The notes beneath the pieces are model-generated. The model ran no database searches and had not been told where the DNA came from. It saw nothing but the letters and a program-made list of their open reading frames with translations. A stretch of 64,000 nucleotides of DNA. Origin: an uncultured Candidatus Saccharibacteria bacterium. Its GTDB lineage: Bacteria; Patescibacteriota; Minisyncoccia; CAIUEV01; JAHKAQ01. Every line of letters begins with the position of its first letter. Positions within the stretch are counted from its first letter, which is position 1. Below are positions 45,854 to 55,742 of the stretch, in pieces. The stretch is taken from assembly GCA_964598205.1 (NCBI GenBank), contig CAZRBB010000001.1, positions 92,199 through 156,198 on the forward strand. The letters run 5' to 3'. The position numbers were made by a program, and so were the translations under genes.

Positions 45854-45927
45854 GGGCGGCTAGCTCAGTTGGTTAGAGCGTCTGCTCGACACGCAGGAGG
45901 CCACAGGTTCGAGTCCTGTGCCGCCCA
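45854..45927 (+). tRNA. tRNA-Val (anticodon GAC), no encoded CCA; unusual C at position 33
   Basis: Cloverleaf GGGCGGC..GCTCAGTTGGTTAGAGC..tctgc-tcGACac-gcagg..ACAGGTTCGAGTCCTGT..GCCGCCC-A. Confidence 0.75.
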
Positions 45928-45978
45928 CATCAAAATTTTATCGGATCTTTTTACAATATAGTTTGATAAAACAACAAG

Positions 45979-46998
45979 ATGAAAAATAAAATAAAAATTG
46001 CTATTGCCGATTTTCGCCCTTTGATTATCGACGACAATGAGAAGTATAAAGGGTTTGAAATAGATTTATGGGAAGCAATTGCCAAGGCGATTGATGTTGA
46101 TTTTGAATATGAGAAGCGCGATTTCAAAGAAATCATCCCTTTATTAGCCAAGAAGAAAATTGATGTCGGCTTGGCAGGTATAACCATTAAAGAAGATCGC
46201 GAAAGAGTCATGGATTTCTCCCACCCAATACTAGATTCAGGATTGTTAATTTCTGTAAATAAAAATAGAAACAAACCCCGTTTTTTAAAAAGCATTAAAA
46301 ATATTCTAATCGAAAGCCATAAAGCGCTTACTTCGATAATGCTTGGATTGCTTTCTTTTATCTTTATTTTTGGGAATCTACTATGGCTTTCCGAAAGAAG
46401 TGCTCCCACATTCAGCAAGAGTTATTTCCCGGGAATTTTTGAATCGTTCTGGTTAGTGCTTGTTTCTATGGCAACGGTTGGTTATGGGGACTACATTCCG
46501 TATACTTGGCTTGGAAAAATAATCACTTCAATAATTATAATCGGTGGCACCGTAGCTTTTGGTTTCGTGGTTGCGCAATTCACCGCTTTTTTAGCGGTTA
46601 AAAAAATAAAAGGAGAAATTAATAACAGCAGAGATTTATTCGGCAAGAAAGTTGCTACCATTGGAAGATCAACGAGCGAAAACATTTTAAAGAAAGTTGG
46701 TGCAAAAGTGGTTGAGGTTTTAAATATTGACGAAGCTTATGCCAAGCTGGAAAATGAAGAAGTTGATGCTGTTGTTTTTGATGCTCCAGCAGTTATTTAC
46801 TACGAGAAAAAGAATAAAGATTCCAATATAGAAATTGTTGGCGAAATATTCGACAAACAACAATATGGTATTGCCTTGCAACAGGGGAGTCTCCTACGGG
46901 AAAAAATTAATTTAGCGATCTTTAATCTTCAAGAGTCTGGTCAGTATGATTTAATTTACAGAAAATGGTTTGGTGATGATTTGGCAATGGAAGTTTAA
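45979..46998 (+). CDS. GluR0-like ligand-gated K+ channel: periplasmic-binding-protein lobes S1/S2 split by M1-P-M2 carrying the TVGYGD selectivity filter
   Basis: SBP family-3-like N- and C-terminal halves. Two TM helices flank MATVGYGDYIP. Confidence 0.65.
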   Translation: MKNKIKIAIADFRPLIIDDNEKYKGFEIDLWEAIAKAIDVDFEYEKRDFKEIIPLLAKKKIDVGLAGITIKEDRERVMDFSHPILDSGLLISVNKNRNKPRFLKSIKNILIESHKALTSIMLGLLSFIFIFGNLLWLSERSAPTFSKSYFPGIFESFWLVLVSMATVGYGDYIPYTWLGKIITSIIIIGGTVAFGFVVAQFTAFLAVKKIKGEINNSRDLFGKKVATIGRSTSENILKKVGAKVVEVLNIDEAYAKLENEEVDAVVFDAPAVIYYEKKNKDSNIEIVGEIFDKQQYGIALQQGSLLREKINLAIFNLQESGQYDLIYRKWFGDDLAMEV

Positions 46999-47013
46999 TT
47001 TTTATTTTGATTC

Positions 47014-47490
47014 ATGAAAACGCTTATTGTTTTTTATTCTCGCACTGGTACTACTCAAAAATTAGCTCAAGCGCTTGCGGAAGAATTGGGTAATAATGCG
47101 GTCTTAGAAGAAATCAAAGACACGGCAAACCGTGCTGGGGTTAGAGGATATCTTCTTTCTGGCAGGGATGCGACGCTTCGTAAATTAACCAAACTAGAAC
47201 CTTTTCAAAACGATCCAAACGACTTTGATTTGGTTGCAGTGGGAACGCCAATTTGGTCTTGGAATTTATCCACTCCTATTCGTACTTATTTAGAAAACAA
47301 TAAAGATAGATTCAAAAAAACTGCTTTTTTTGCCGTAATGGGAGGGTCTGGCACCGAACGAGCAGCCAAAGAAATGGAGAAAATAACGGGGATTAAAAAT
47401 CAAGCAATTTTAGGAGTAAAAACAACAGAAATAATTAAAGGAGACCTTACAAAAGAACTAACAAATTTTTCAGAATCTCTACTAAATTAG
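47014..47490 (+). CDS. Flavodoxin-like protein
   Basis: MKTLIVFYSRTGTTQKLA is the N-terminal FMN-binding loop. Confidence 0.6.
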   Translation: MKTLIVFYSRTGTTQKLAQALAEELGNNAVLEEIKDTANRAGVRGYLLSGRDATLRKLTKLEPFQNDPNDFDLVAVGTPIWSWNLSTPIRTYLENNKDRFKKTAFFAVMGGSGTERAAKEMEKITGIKNQAILGVKTTEIIKGDLTKELTNFSESLLN

Positions 47491-47517
47491 TGTAAAAAAG
47501 TTTACTATTTAGCTAAT

Positions 47518-49407
47518 TCAAGAAGAAAGATTATCGTAGAAACAATAATCTTTAGATATCTGTAAATCAAAGATAGAAAAATATCCCCACATAAAAGAAG
47601 GCTTGCTTTCTATTTTTAGCTCATTCACCCCTTCCTTAACATAGTCTGTTATTTCAAATATATAATATTCTTGAAATTTTTGACTTTCTTTTGCTTTTAT
47701 TTCTCTCCCATCAATTCTAAAAGAATCAATTTTGATCGATTGAGGATGAAAAGTTCTTTTTGGGATAATGATCCATTTTTCGTTATTGTTGATACCGTTC
47801 TTCTTGTTTAGATAGTTTATTTTGATGGTGGTCTCTTGCTCCTTTGAAAGACCCATTGGTAATCGAATTTTATTCCAGGTTTTATCATTTTCATTGAAAG
47901 AGGCAAGACTTGAATAATCAAGAGAAGAATCCAGAGAGATTAATACAATATTTTTTCCAACATCTAGTTTTGTTTTTTTATTAACAATTGATTCAATGCA
48001 AAAATCTTTTTTTAAAAAAAACATATAATGTTCTTCCGAGTAGTTGTTTTTAATGTAAGAAGTGTCTTCATTTAAGAAGATGTTACTACTCGGATTTCCT
48101 TCGTTCATAAAAATCGGACGGGAAGAAAAACCAAAGAGATTATCTGGACTTCCGTTTTTATTGTTCTGCATACCCAAAGAAGTATAGGCTTCGCTAATTT
48201 CTCTTTTGGTTTTTAGGGTCAAAAGATTGCCGTGGTCTTCTGGGATATATCCCAAGATATTGGTGAGTCTTAGAAAAAACAAGATAAAAAAAAGATTGCC
48301 AGTAAGAAAAACAATTATAAAAATGGTGCTGATTTTTTTAGAAAACGAATAATGATTCTCGTTTCCTAAAAAATCAGCGAGGAAAATACCTATGAAAATA
48401 TAAATAAGCGGGAAAAAGAACCAGTAAAATCTGGCTCCACTATTTGCAAGGAAAAGAAAAGGAAGGAAAGAGGTTATAGAAAAAACAATTAATATTCTTG
48501 TTTTTCTATTTCTTTTAAAAATCAGAGAAAAACAAGAAAAGAAAAAAATAATAGGAATAAAATAAAGAGAATAATTCCAAGGCTTAAGAGAGGTAGACAT
48601 TGCCGTATAGGTATTAGACATTCTAAATATCAACATTTTTCCTACATAAGAAAGATGATTTTCTAGTTTAATATTATCTTTTGCTATAAGACTGGAAAAA
48701 TTTTGAATCTTTTCACTTCCCTCTTTTTTTTCAAAGAGAGCGTGTAGAAAAAAAGAATTTAACAAAACGGCTGTTAAGAAACCTAAAATAAGATATTTTT
48801 TATTTATTTTTGATCTAAAAATTACAAGAGTAACTAAGGATGCAAATATCAGATTCACTAAGGAAAAATGAATATGGAATGCTAAAGAAAAAATAATAGG
48901 CAGAAAAAATATTTTTTTATTTTTTGGATAAAAAATAATTTCATACAAAAGCCAAAGTAAAAGAATGGTAAAAAGGGGAGCAGGAGTGGGATTAGTAAAT
49001 CTTCTTGAATAAATAATAATAATTGGCGAAAAAGCATAAAATAAAGAAGCCAAGAGAGCGGATTTATAGCTAAAAAATTTCTTTAAGAATAGGTAAAGAA
49101 AGGCAATTGAAGCCACATTCAGGACAATATTGAACAGATAAAGAGAGATAATGTTCTTAAATAAATAGAGAATAATGGCGTAAGAGTAAAAAAGAAAAGG
49201 TCCTAGCAGAATAAATGTAGAAGAAACTCTCGGTCCGGGCACACTAAGGAAATTATCCAATCCTATTCCTTTAGCAGTACGGAAGAATGCCTCTTCGTCA
49301 AAGTCAAAAATAACATTTTCTATGAAAATTAATCTTACAAAAAGAGCTACTCCAAGAACAAAAAAAAAGAGCTTGTTTTTTTTAAGAAATTCCCAAAATA
49401 TCTTCAT
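47518..49407 (-). CDS. Polytopic membrane protein, putative GT-C glycosyltransferase (ArnT/PMT-like)
   Basis: More than 10 TM helices, a DE-type motif in the first loop, and a C-terminal soluble domain. Confidence 0.45.
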   Translation of the reverse strand: MKIFWEFLKKNKLFFFVLGVALFVRLIFIENVIFDFDEEAFFRTAKGIGLDNFLSVPGPRVSSTFILLGPFLFYSYAIILYLFKNIISLYLFNIVLNVASIAFLYLFLKKFFSYKSALLASLFYAFSPIIIIYSRRFTNPTPAPLFTILLLWLLYEIIFYPKNKKIFFLPIIFSLAFHIHFSLVNLIFASLVTLVIFRSKINKKYLILGFLTAVLLNSFFLHALFEKKEGSEKIQNFSSLIAKDNIKLENHLSYVGKMLIFRMSNTYTAMSTSLKPWNYSLYFIPIIFFFSCFSLIFKRNRKTRILIVFSITSFLPFLFLANSGARFYWFFFPLIYIFIGIFLADFLGNENHYSFSKKISTIFIIVFLTGNLFFILFFLRLTNILGYIPEDHGNLLTLKTKREISEAYTSLGMQNNKNGSPDNLFGFSSRPIFMNEGNPSSNIFLNEDTSYIKNNYSEEHYMFFLKKDFCIESIVNKKTKLDVGKNIVLISLDSSLDYSSLASFNENDKTWNKIRLPMGLSKEQETTIKINYLNKKNGINNNEKWIIIPKRTFHPQSIKIDSFRIDGREIKAKESQKFQEYYIFEITDYVKEGVNELKIESKPSFMWGYFSIFDLQISKDYCFYDNLSS

Positions 49408-49617
49408 ATAAAAAAGAAAATAAACAAAAGACTAGTCAACAATACATTATGCCCAGTCCGTGGTAAAGTCTTTAGATTAGATATTTTTCTGGGCTAGTTT
49501 TAGTAATTAGCTTTTGGTAAAATAAAAAACGGCTACATGATTCCGAAAGAACTAATATTCTAAGTTTAAGTGGTTAAATTTTATTAGAAAACGCATAAAT
49601 TATTATTTTTTAAAACT

Positions 49618-51039
49618 ATGAACATTAATCCCAATATTTTTCGTGGTTATGATTTACGGGGAATTGCCGGCAAAGATTTAACCCCAGAAATAGTGGAGCA
49701 CTTAGGTCGGGCTTTTGGAACTTATTTAAAAAGAAAAGGTCATAAGGTAGCGTTGATTAGTCGTGATTCTCGAGCCACGAGTGAATCTTATGGCGAAGCT
49801 TTGGCCAGGGGTATTAGTCAAACTGGTTTAGCCGTAACAGACATTGGCTTAAGCTTGGTAGGCATGTTTTATTGGGCGGGGCATTACCTAAAGATTCCCG
49901 GTGGCGCTTTTGTTACAGCTTCTCACAATCCAGCGGAATATAACGGATTCAAATTTGCTCATGATTATTCAGAAACCCTAGTAGAAGAGGGGATGATTGA
50001 ACTACGACGAATGATTACAGAAGAAGATTATGATCTCACAGATGTTCCTGGAGAAATCAAAAAAGAAAACATTAAAGCGGCTTATTTGGCCGATTTAAAA
50101 AATCGTTTTTCTTTTAAAAAGAAATTTAAGGTGGTGGTAGATGCTGGCTTTGCTACGGCAGGTGTTTTTATACCGGATTTTTTAAGAGAGTTTGGCTGCG
50201 AAGTAGTAGAAGCAAATTGCGAGCTGGATTCAACCTTTCCTTTGGGTGCACCCGATCCTACAGAAACAGCAGTGGCCAAAAGACTTGCCGATCGGGTAAT
50301 TGCCGAAAAAGCGGATTTAGGATTTTCCTTTGATGCTGATGGTGACCGCATAGGAATTGTAGACAATAACGGTCTAATCATTTGGAACGATGTCCTTGTA
50401 GCTATTTTTGCTGCAAACACGCTAACCAAGCATCCTGGTTCAACAATCATGTTCAATACTCTTTGTTCTAAGGCAGTTGCCGAAACCATCTTAAAGCACG
50501 GCGGAAAGGCGTTTATGTGGCGGACTGGCCATTCGTTTTTAAAGAAGAAAAATCAAGAAGTTAAAGCGGCTTTTATTGGCGAGCTTTCTGGTCATTTTTT
50601 CTTTTCTCGCGATTTTTATAATCACGATGACGGCGCTTATTCGGCACTTTCTCTCTTAGATTTTTTAGACAAGTCAGGGCTTTTGTTGTCCGAAGCAGTA
50701 ACCGAAATACCGCAATATATTTCTAGTCCAGAAATCAAAATTGGTTGCGCGGACAATTTAAAAGTTGAATTAATGAAAAAAATTGCCCAAAAATTAAGAA
50801 TTGATTTTCCGGAATCAGAAGTAATAGACGACGATCGTGCTGGAGATGGAGTGCGATTAGAAGCTCCAGATTCCATGATGGTGATTCGTTATTCACAAAA
50901 CGGGCCGTATTTGACTATTAAATTTGAATCCAAGAAAGAGGAGAGATATCAAGAAATAAAAAAATATTTAAAGAAATTACTTTCAGACTACAAAGAAGTA
51001 GATTGGAGTTTTGGTGTTAACTTAGAAACGCTAGATTAA
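49618..51039 (+). CDS. Phosphoglucomutase/phosphomannomutase
   Basis: TASHNP active-site serine loop and a GDGDR-like metal loop (FDADGDR). Confidence 0.8.
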   Translation: MNINPNIFRGYDLRGIAGKDLTPEIVEHLGRAFGTYLKRKGHKVALISRDSRATSESYGEALARGISQTGLAVTDIGLSLVGMFYWAGHYLKIPGGAFVTASHNPAEYNGFKFAHDYSETLVEEGMIELRRMITEEDYDLTDVPGEIKKENIKAAYLADLKNRFSFKKKFKVVVDAGFATAGVFIPDFLREFGCEVVEANCELDSTFPLGAPDPTETAVAKRLADRVIAEKADLGFSFDADGDRIGIVDNNGLIIWNDVLVAIFAANTLTKHPGSTIMFNTLCSKAVAETILKHGGKAFMWRTGHSFLKKKNQEVKAAFIGELSGHFFFSRDFYNHDDGAYSALSLLDFLDKSGLLLSEAVTEIPQYISSPEIKIGCADNLKVELMKKIAQKLRIDFPESEVIDDDRAGDGVRLEAPDSMMVIRYSQNGPYLTIKFESKKEERYQEIKKYLKKLLSDYKEVDWSFGVNLETLD

Positions 51040-52067
51040 ATTAATCCCATTTTTTGTTTCACTTCCCTCATCTTCTCTTGGGCCAACAAAGAGGCTTTCT
51101 CGCTACCTTTTTGAAGGATAACTTTTATTTCTTGGTCGCTTATTTTTTTTGCTTTCTCTTGGTGAGATTCTAAGAATTCTTGAACTTTCTCCCCAAGATC
51201 ATTTTTAAACTGAGCATAACCTTGATTTTGGTATTTGGCTTCTAGCTCCTCTATGGGGGTATTTGTTATAAGGGAATAAATAGTCAATAGGTTAGATATT
51301 CCTGGTCTCTCTGGATCCATCTGAACTAAAGACAAAGAATCAGTGGTTGCTTTCTTTATTTTCTTCTCTGCTATTTTTGGATCTTCGGCCAGGAGAATAT
51401 AATTTTCTAAAGAACTGGCTGACTTGCTCATTTTTACGGTCGGATCATCTAGTCCCATAATGCGACAGCCTTCTTCTTTGTTTTTAATCAAAGGTTCCGG
51501 AATAGTAAATGTATCACCGTACTTTTTATTAAATCGTTCAGCAAGCGTTCGGGCTAATTCTAAATGTTGTTTTTGATCCTCACCAACAGGAACAATCTTG
51601 GTACTATAAAGCAGAATATCGGCTGCCATTAAAACTGGATAACTAAAAAGCCCTAGATTAATATTTTCCTTGTTCTTTTGAGATTTTTCTTTGAACTGAG
51701 TCATTCTTTCTAACTCGCCGGTTTTAGCAAAGACGGAAAGAATCCAAGAAAGCTCAACATGCTCTTTAATATGGGATTGAATAAAGAGAATTGATTTTTC
51801 GGGATCAATACCGCTAGCTAAGTATTGCCTAGTAACTTCTAGAACATTTTTTTTCAAGGTTTTTGGATCGCAAGGTACAGTTAATGAATGAAGATCGACT
51901 ACGCAGAAAAGACTTTTGTAATTTTCTTGAAGAGGAATGGCGTTTCTAATAGCTCCAAAGTAATTACCCAAATGTAAATTTCCTGTGGGCTGAATTCCGG
52001 TGAAAAGACGCGACTTCATTTTTTTCTTAAATAATTTCGATGTGTTTGTTTGGTAAAATCTGAACAT
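51036..52067 (-). CDS. trpS: Tryptophan--tRNA ligase
   Basis: TGIQPTGNLHLGNY (HIGH region) and KMSKS. Confidence 0.85.
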   Translation of the reverse strand: MFRFYQTNTSKLFKKKMKSRLFTGIQPTGNLHLGNYFGAIRNAIPLQENYKSLFCVVDLHSLTVPCDPKTLKKNVLEVTRQYLASGIDPEKSILFIQSHIKEHVELSWILSVFAKTGELERMTQFKEKSQKNKENINLGLFSYPVLMAADILLYSTKIVPVGEDQKQHLELARTLAERFNKKYGDTFTIPEPLIKNKEEGCRIMGLDDPTVKMSKSASSLENYILLAEDPKIAEKKIKKATTDSLSLVQMDPERPGISNLLTIYSLITNTPIEELEAKYQNQGYAQFKNDLGEKVQEFLESHQEKAKKISDQEIKVILQKGSEKASLLAQEKMREVKQKMGLI

Positions 52068-52141
52068 TTTTGCTCGCCTTTGTTTTCCGTCGCCACCGAA
52101 TTTCGTGCCAGCGAAACTGGAGAGCCACCTCTCACCTCTTC

Positions 52142-53314
52142 TTATTTCATAGCTTGCAAATCATTTTTCAGTTTTGAAATCTGTTCAATAAGAAGCGTAT
52201 TAGCCGTCAAAATAATAATGAAAATAATAATAAGCGAGTTTCCTCCCAAAAATATACCGCCCATTATCGCTACAATAGATGCGCCCAAGGTCGTAACAAT
52301 ATTATCCATAGCTACGCCTACAATAGCATCACCAATACGACCCTTAGGATTGATTGCAAAGTTGTGGACTACAAGCATTTCACCGAAACAACCAATAAGC
52401 CCAGCCATTATGCCTGTAACGACAAACGGAATGTGTGTTAGATGAGAAAAAACTTCCATGGTTCTAATCATGCTTTCTGCTGCAAATAAAATAGCTACAC
52501 CAGACAAAACTAAATCTAACCAAATTCGCCATGACCCCTGTTTGTCATAATATCGTTCTTCTTCAATAATTTCTTTAATTGGTGATTCGGGTCGTTGGCT
52601 CTTGCGAAAATAAAAAAGAATGCCCGCACAAAGGATAAATAAAGCGATGCCCACAGGTAGAATCAACTGATAAAGATCTCCTGAAATTTTCTCTTCCTCG
52701 TCTTTGACTTGGCCGAACAAAACCATACTAATTGCCACAAAAGCTGTTAGCATAGTTAAAGCCGTCAAAATGCGAATTGCGCCATCCATCTCCTTAATCG
52801 ATGGCTTAATAGTGTGCTCCTCAAGTGGCTTTAAGCTTCCGCCAGCTTTGAAAAACGGAAACATAAGCACAGTCTTGTGTCTTAGGTTTGCCAAATTTTG
52901 CCGATAAATACACCAAACCGCATGTAAGATGTTATAGATGTTAGAACCAAAAGTGGTTGAGGCTGCAATAATAGCTAAGTTAATGGCACGCACATAATCC
53001 GTACTTCTGACCTGTAAAGAAATAAAGGCGGCCACTACACCGATTACCATATCCGGAAAGGCAGTTCCGAATGCCTGAAGAAATCCACCTGCCAATTTTG
53101 TTCTATCTTTTAGAACATCGGTGGTTTCCTCAATCACCTTTGCCGTGCCACGGAAAATATAACCAATACCAATGCCGAAAATTAATACAATAGCTAAAGC
53201 CTGTAACCACCAAACCTCAGTACCTTCCAAAATTTTGTCTACAATTAGGAAACGTAAACCCAAAGCTACGGCTATATAAACAAGGATCTTAAAAAATTGG
53301 TTTTTAGTCTGCAT
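52142..53314 (-). CDS. Putative cation antiporter (CaCA-like alpha-repeats)
   Basis: FGTAFPDM and GDAIVGVAMDNIVTTLG resemble the GTSxPE-type alpha repeats. About 10 TM helices. Confidence 0.35.
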   Translation of the reverse strand: MQTKNQFFKILVYIAVALGLRFLIVDKILEGTEVWWLQALAIVLIFGIGIGYIFRGTAKVIEETTDVLKDRTKLAGGFLQAFGTAFPDMVIGVVAAFISLQVRSTDYVRAINLAIIAASTTFGSNIYNILHAVWCIYRQNLANLRHKTVLMFPFFKAGGSLKPLEEHTIKPSIKEMDGAIRILTALTMLTAFVAISMVLFGQVKDEEEKISGDLYQLILPVGIALFILCAGILFYFRKSQRPESPIKEIIEEERYYDKQGSWRIWLDLVLSGVAILFAAESMIRTMEVFSHLTHIPFVVTGIMAGLIGCFGEMLVVHNFAINPKGRIGDAIVGVAMDNIVTTLGASIVAIMGGIFLGGNSLIIIFIIILTANTLLIEQISKLKNDLQAMK

Positions 53315-53509
53315 AAAAATTTATCTATTTTATCAATTCACCAACACTAACATTGAGGGCTTTCGCTACTTTTTTCAAGGTTTTGAGCGTTGAAGTATAA
53401 CTAAACTTATTAACACTATTACAATAATAGTCTAAGATTTATTCTTAGTAAAGAACAGGCGACGCATTTCGCAAAGCGAAATACGAAATTTGGCGACAGA
53501 AAGCGAGGG

Positions 53510-53582
53510 TGGGCGCAGGGGGATTCGAACCCTCGACCAATTGGTTAAGAGCCAACTGCTCTACCAGCTGAGCTATGCGCCC
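53510..53582 (-). tRNA. tRNA-Lys (anticodon CUU), no encoded CCA
   Basis: Minus-strand cloverleaf GGGCGCA..gttgg-cuCTTaa-ccaat..GAGGGTTCGAATCCCCC..TGCGCCC-A. Confidence 0.85.
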
Positions 53583-53719
53583 TTATATTCAACTAATTTC
53601 CCAAAAGTTCATAATTGAATAAAGTTTTTCCATTCTACATTTTTCTAGGCAAACCGCAAACCAAAATCCATCGCTACAGCTTTGGTTATAAGAAAGCCAA
53701 AGCTGTAGTTTATCCAAAA

Positions 53720-55582
53720 CTAAACTTCGATAATTACTGGCAAAACCATTGGCCGTCTCTGAGTCTTGTTAAAAAGAAACAAACCGATTTCATCTCTAAT
53801 AGAGTTTCGAACATACTCCCAGTTAATAGCGTGCATTCCTCCTGTTTTTTTGTGAATTAATTCCCTAATCACTTGGCGAGTTTGTTTTAACAGTTCTTGG
53901 TTGTTTTTCATGTAGATAAATCCTCGAGAAATTAAATCGGCATTTCCTATTTGATCACCGGTTTTAGAATCGATGGTCACAATAATAGTGAACATACCGT
54001 CCTTAGCCATTTGCATTCTTTCTCGCAGTACAACATTACCAATATCGCCAACACCCAAACCATCTACCATTACATAATTGGCAGGAACTTTAATTGAAGT
54101 TACGCGCCCCTCTCCTTGTTTATTGAATTCAATAATTCGGCCATTTTCACCAATTAAAACATTCTCTTCCTTCATGCCTAAACCAGTTGCCAATTCACCG
54201 TGAAGTCGGAGCATGTAGTGATTGCCATGGATGGGAATTAGGTAGCGCGGCTTAACAAGATTAAGCATTAACTTTAAATCTTCAGAGCAACCATGGCCTC
54301 CCGAATGAACATCCATCATTTGATAATGGATAACATGGACACCTTTTTTATAAAGTCCATCTTTTAGGTTTTGAACGGTGCGTTCATTTCCTGGAATAAC
54401 CGAAGAGGAAAAAATAATAGTATCTCCTTTGTGCGGTTCAATATAACGATGTTCACCGTTGGCAATGCGCATTAAAACGGCATTTCCTTCTCCTTGCGCA
54501 CCGGTGCACATAACAATGATTTTGTTTGGTGGATATTCATTAACTTGAGAAATGTCTATAAAGGTGTCTTTTCGAGATTTGATATAGCCCAGCTTTTTGG
54601 CAATTTCCAAATTAGTTTTCATGGAATAGCCGTCTACCGCGATTTTCTTGCCATACTTTTCGGAAATCTCTACCATGTGCCGGATTCTTGTTAAGAGCGT
54701 AGAAAATGTACCGGCAATAATTCGGCCTTCTGCCTTTTGAATAATTTCTTCAAAAGAATCTTTTACCTTGCTTTCGGAAATGGCATATCCAGGACTACCT
54801 GAATGAGTAGAGTCGCTCATTAAAGCCAAGATTCCTTTTTGAGAAAGAATCGCAATTTTGGCTATATCCGTTGGTTGATCACCAATCGGGTTCTGATCAA
54901 ATTTGAAATCACCAGTATGCACAACGGTTCCAACTGGGGTGTGAATGGCTACTCCCAAAGAATCAGGGATAGAATGACACACATGAAAAAATTCTAACTC
55001 AAAAGTACCCAATCTAATTTTATCTTCTGCTGTTACGGTTTTAATATTCAATTTTGGATTATCTTTATATTCTTCCTGTCTTTTGGCAATAATCGCTCCG
55101 GTCATACCACCAGCGTAAATAGGCGGATTACCCAAAACTTTAATGTGATGGGGGATAGCCCCGATATGATCCATGTGACCGTGAGTAATGAAAATTCCCC
55201 GGATTCTATCGGTTTTGTCTCGTAGGTAGCGAGAATTAGGAATAATATAATCAATCCCAGGCATTTCTTCGTCTGGAAATTGCAACCCCATATCTACAAT
55301 AATAATGTCTTTTTCATACTCAAAGACGGTCATGTTAAGACCAACTTGCTCCAAGCCTCCTAAAGGGATAATTCTTAGTTTGCCAGGAGAGCTTTGAGGG
55401 ATGTTATGGCTAGCAAACTGTAGATCTTCTTTATTATCGCCACGCAAAACGATACCACCAGCGTGGTATTTTTTTTCTTGGCCACCGCGTCTAGCTGTAT
55501 GAACCGAAGACGGAAGTTTTTTAGGAACCACAACTAAATCTTTTTTAATAGGAAGTGGTGCCGGTTTTTGTTTTCTAAACAT
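53720..55582 (-). CDS. rnj: Ribonuclease J (beta-CASP metallo-beta-lactamase) with a Lys-rich N-terminal extension
   Basis: FITHGHMDHIGA (HxHxDH) and the beta-CASP region. Confidence 0.85.
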   Translation of the reverse strand: MFRKQKPAPLPIKKDLVVVPKKLPSSVHTARRGGQEKKYHAGGIVLRGDNKEDLQFASHNIPQSSPGKLRIIPLGGLEQVGLNMTVFEYEKDIIIVDMGLQFPDEEMPGIDYIIPNSRYLRDKTDRIRGIFITHGHMDHIGAIPHHIKVLGNPPIYAGGMTGAIIAKRQEEYKDNPKLNIKTVTAEDKIRLGTFELEFFHVCHSIPDSLGVAIHTPVGTVVHTGDFKFDQNPIGDQPTDIAKIAILSQKGILALMSDSTHSGSPGYAISESKVKDSFEEIIQKAEGRIIAGTFSTLLTRIRHMVEISEKYGKKIAVDGYSMKTNLEIAKKLGYIKSRKDTFIDISQVNEYPPNKIIVMCTGAQGEGNAVLMRIANGEHRYIEPHKGDTIIFSSSVIPGNERTVQNLKDGLYKKGVHVIHYQMMDVHSGGHGCSEDLKLMLNLVKPRYLIPIHGNHYMLRLHGELATGLGMKEENVLIGENGRIIEFNKQGEGRVTSIKVPANYVMVDGLGVGDIGNVVLRERMQMAKDGMFTIIVTIDSKTGDQIGNADLISRGFIYMKNNQELLKQTRQVIRELIHKKTGGMHAINWEYVRNSIRDEIGLFLFNKTQRRPMVLPVIIEV

Positions 55583-55610
55583 TGGAAAATTATTTATAAA
55601 CTAATAAAAG

Positions 55611-55695
55611 TGCCGAGAGAGGGACTTGAACCCTCAAGGGCAAAAAGCCCACTAGCTCCTGAAGCTAGCGTGTCTACCAATTTCACCATCTCGGC
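55611..55695 (-). tRNA. tRNA-Leu (anticodon CAG), long variable arm, no encoded CCA
   Basis: Minus-strand cloverleaf with ctagc-uuCAGga-gctag and a 13-nt variable arm. Confidence 0.8.
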
Positions 55696-55742
55696 GGATA
55701 AAAAAAGAGACAATATTTATTTTTATTTTTCTAAAACTAAGA

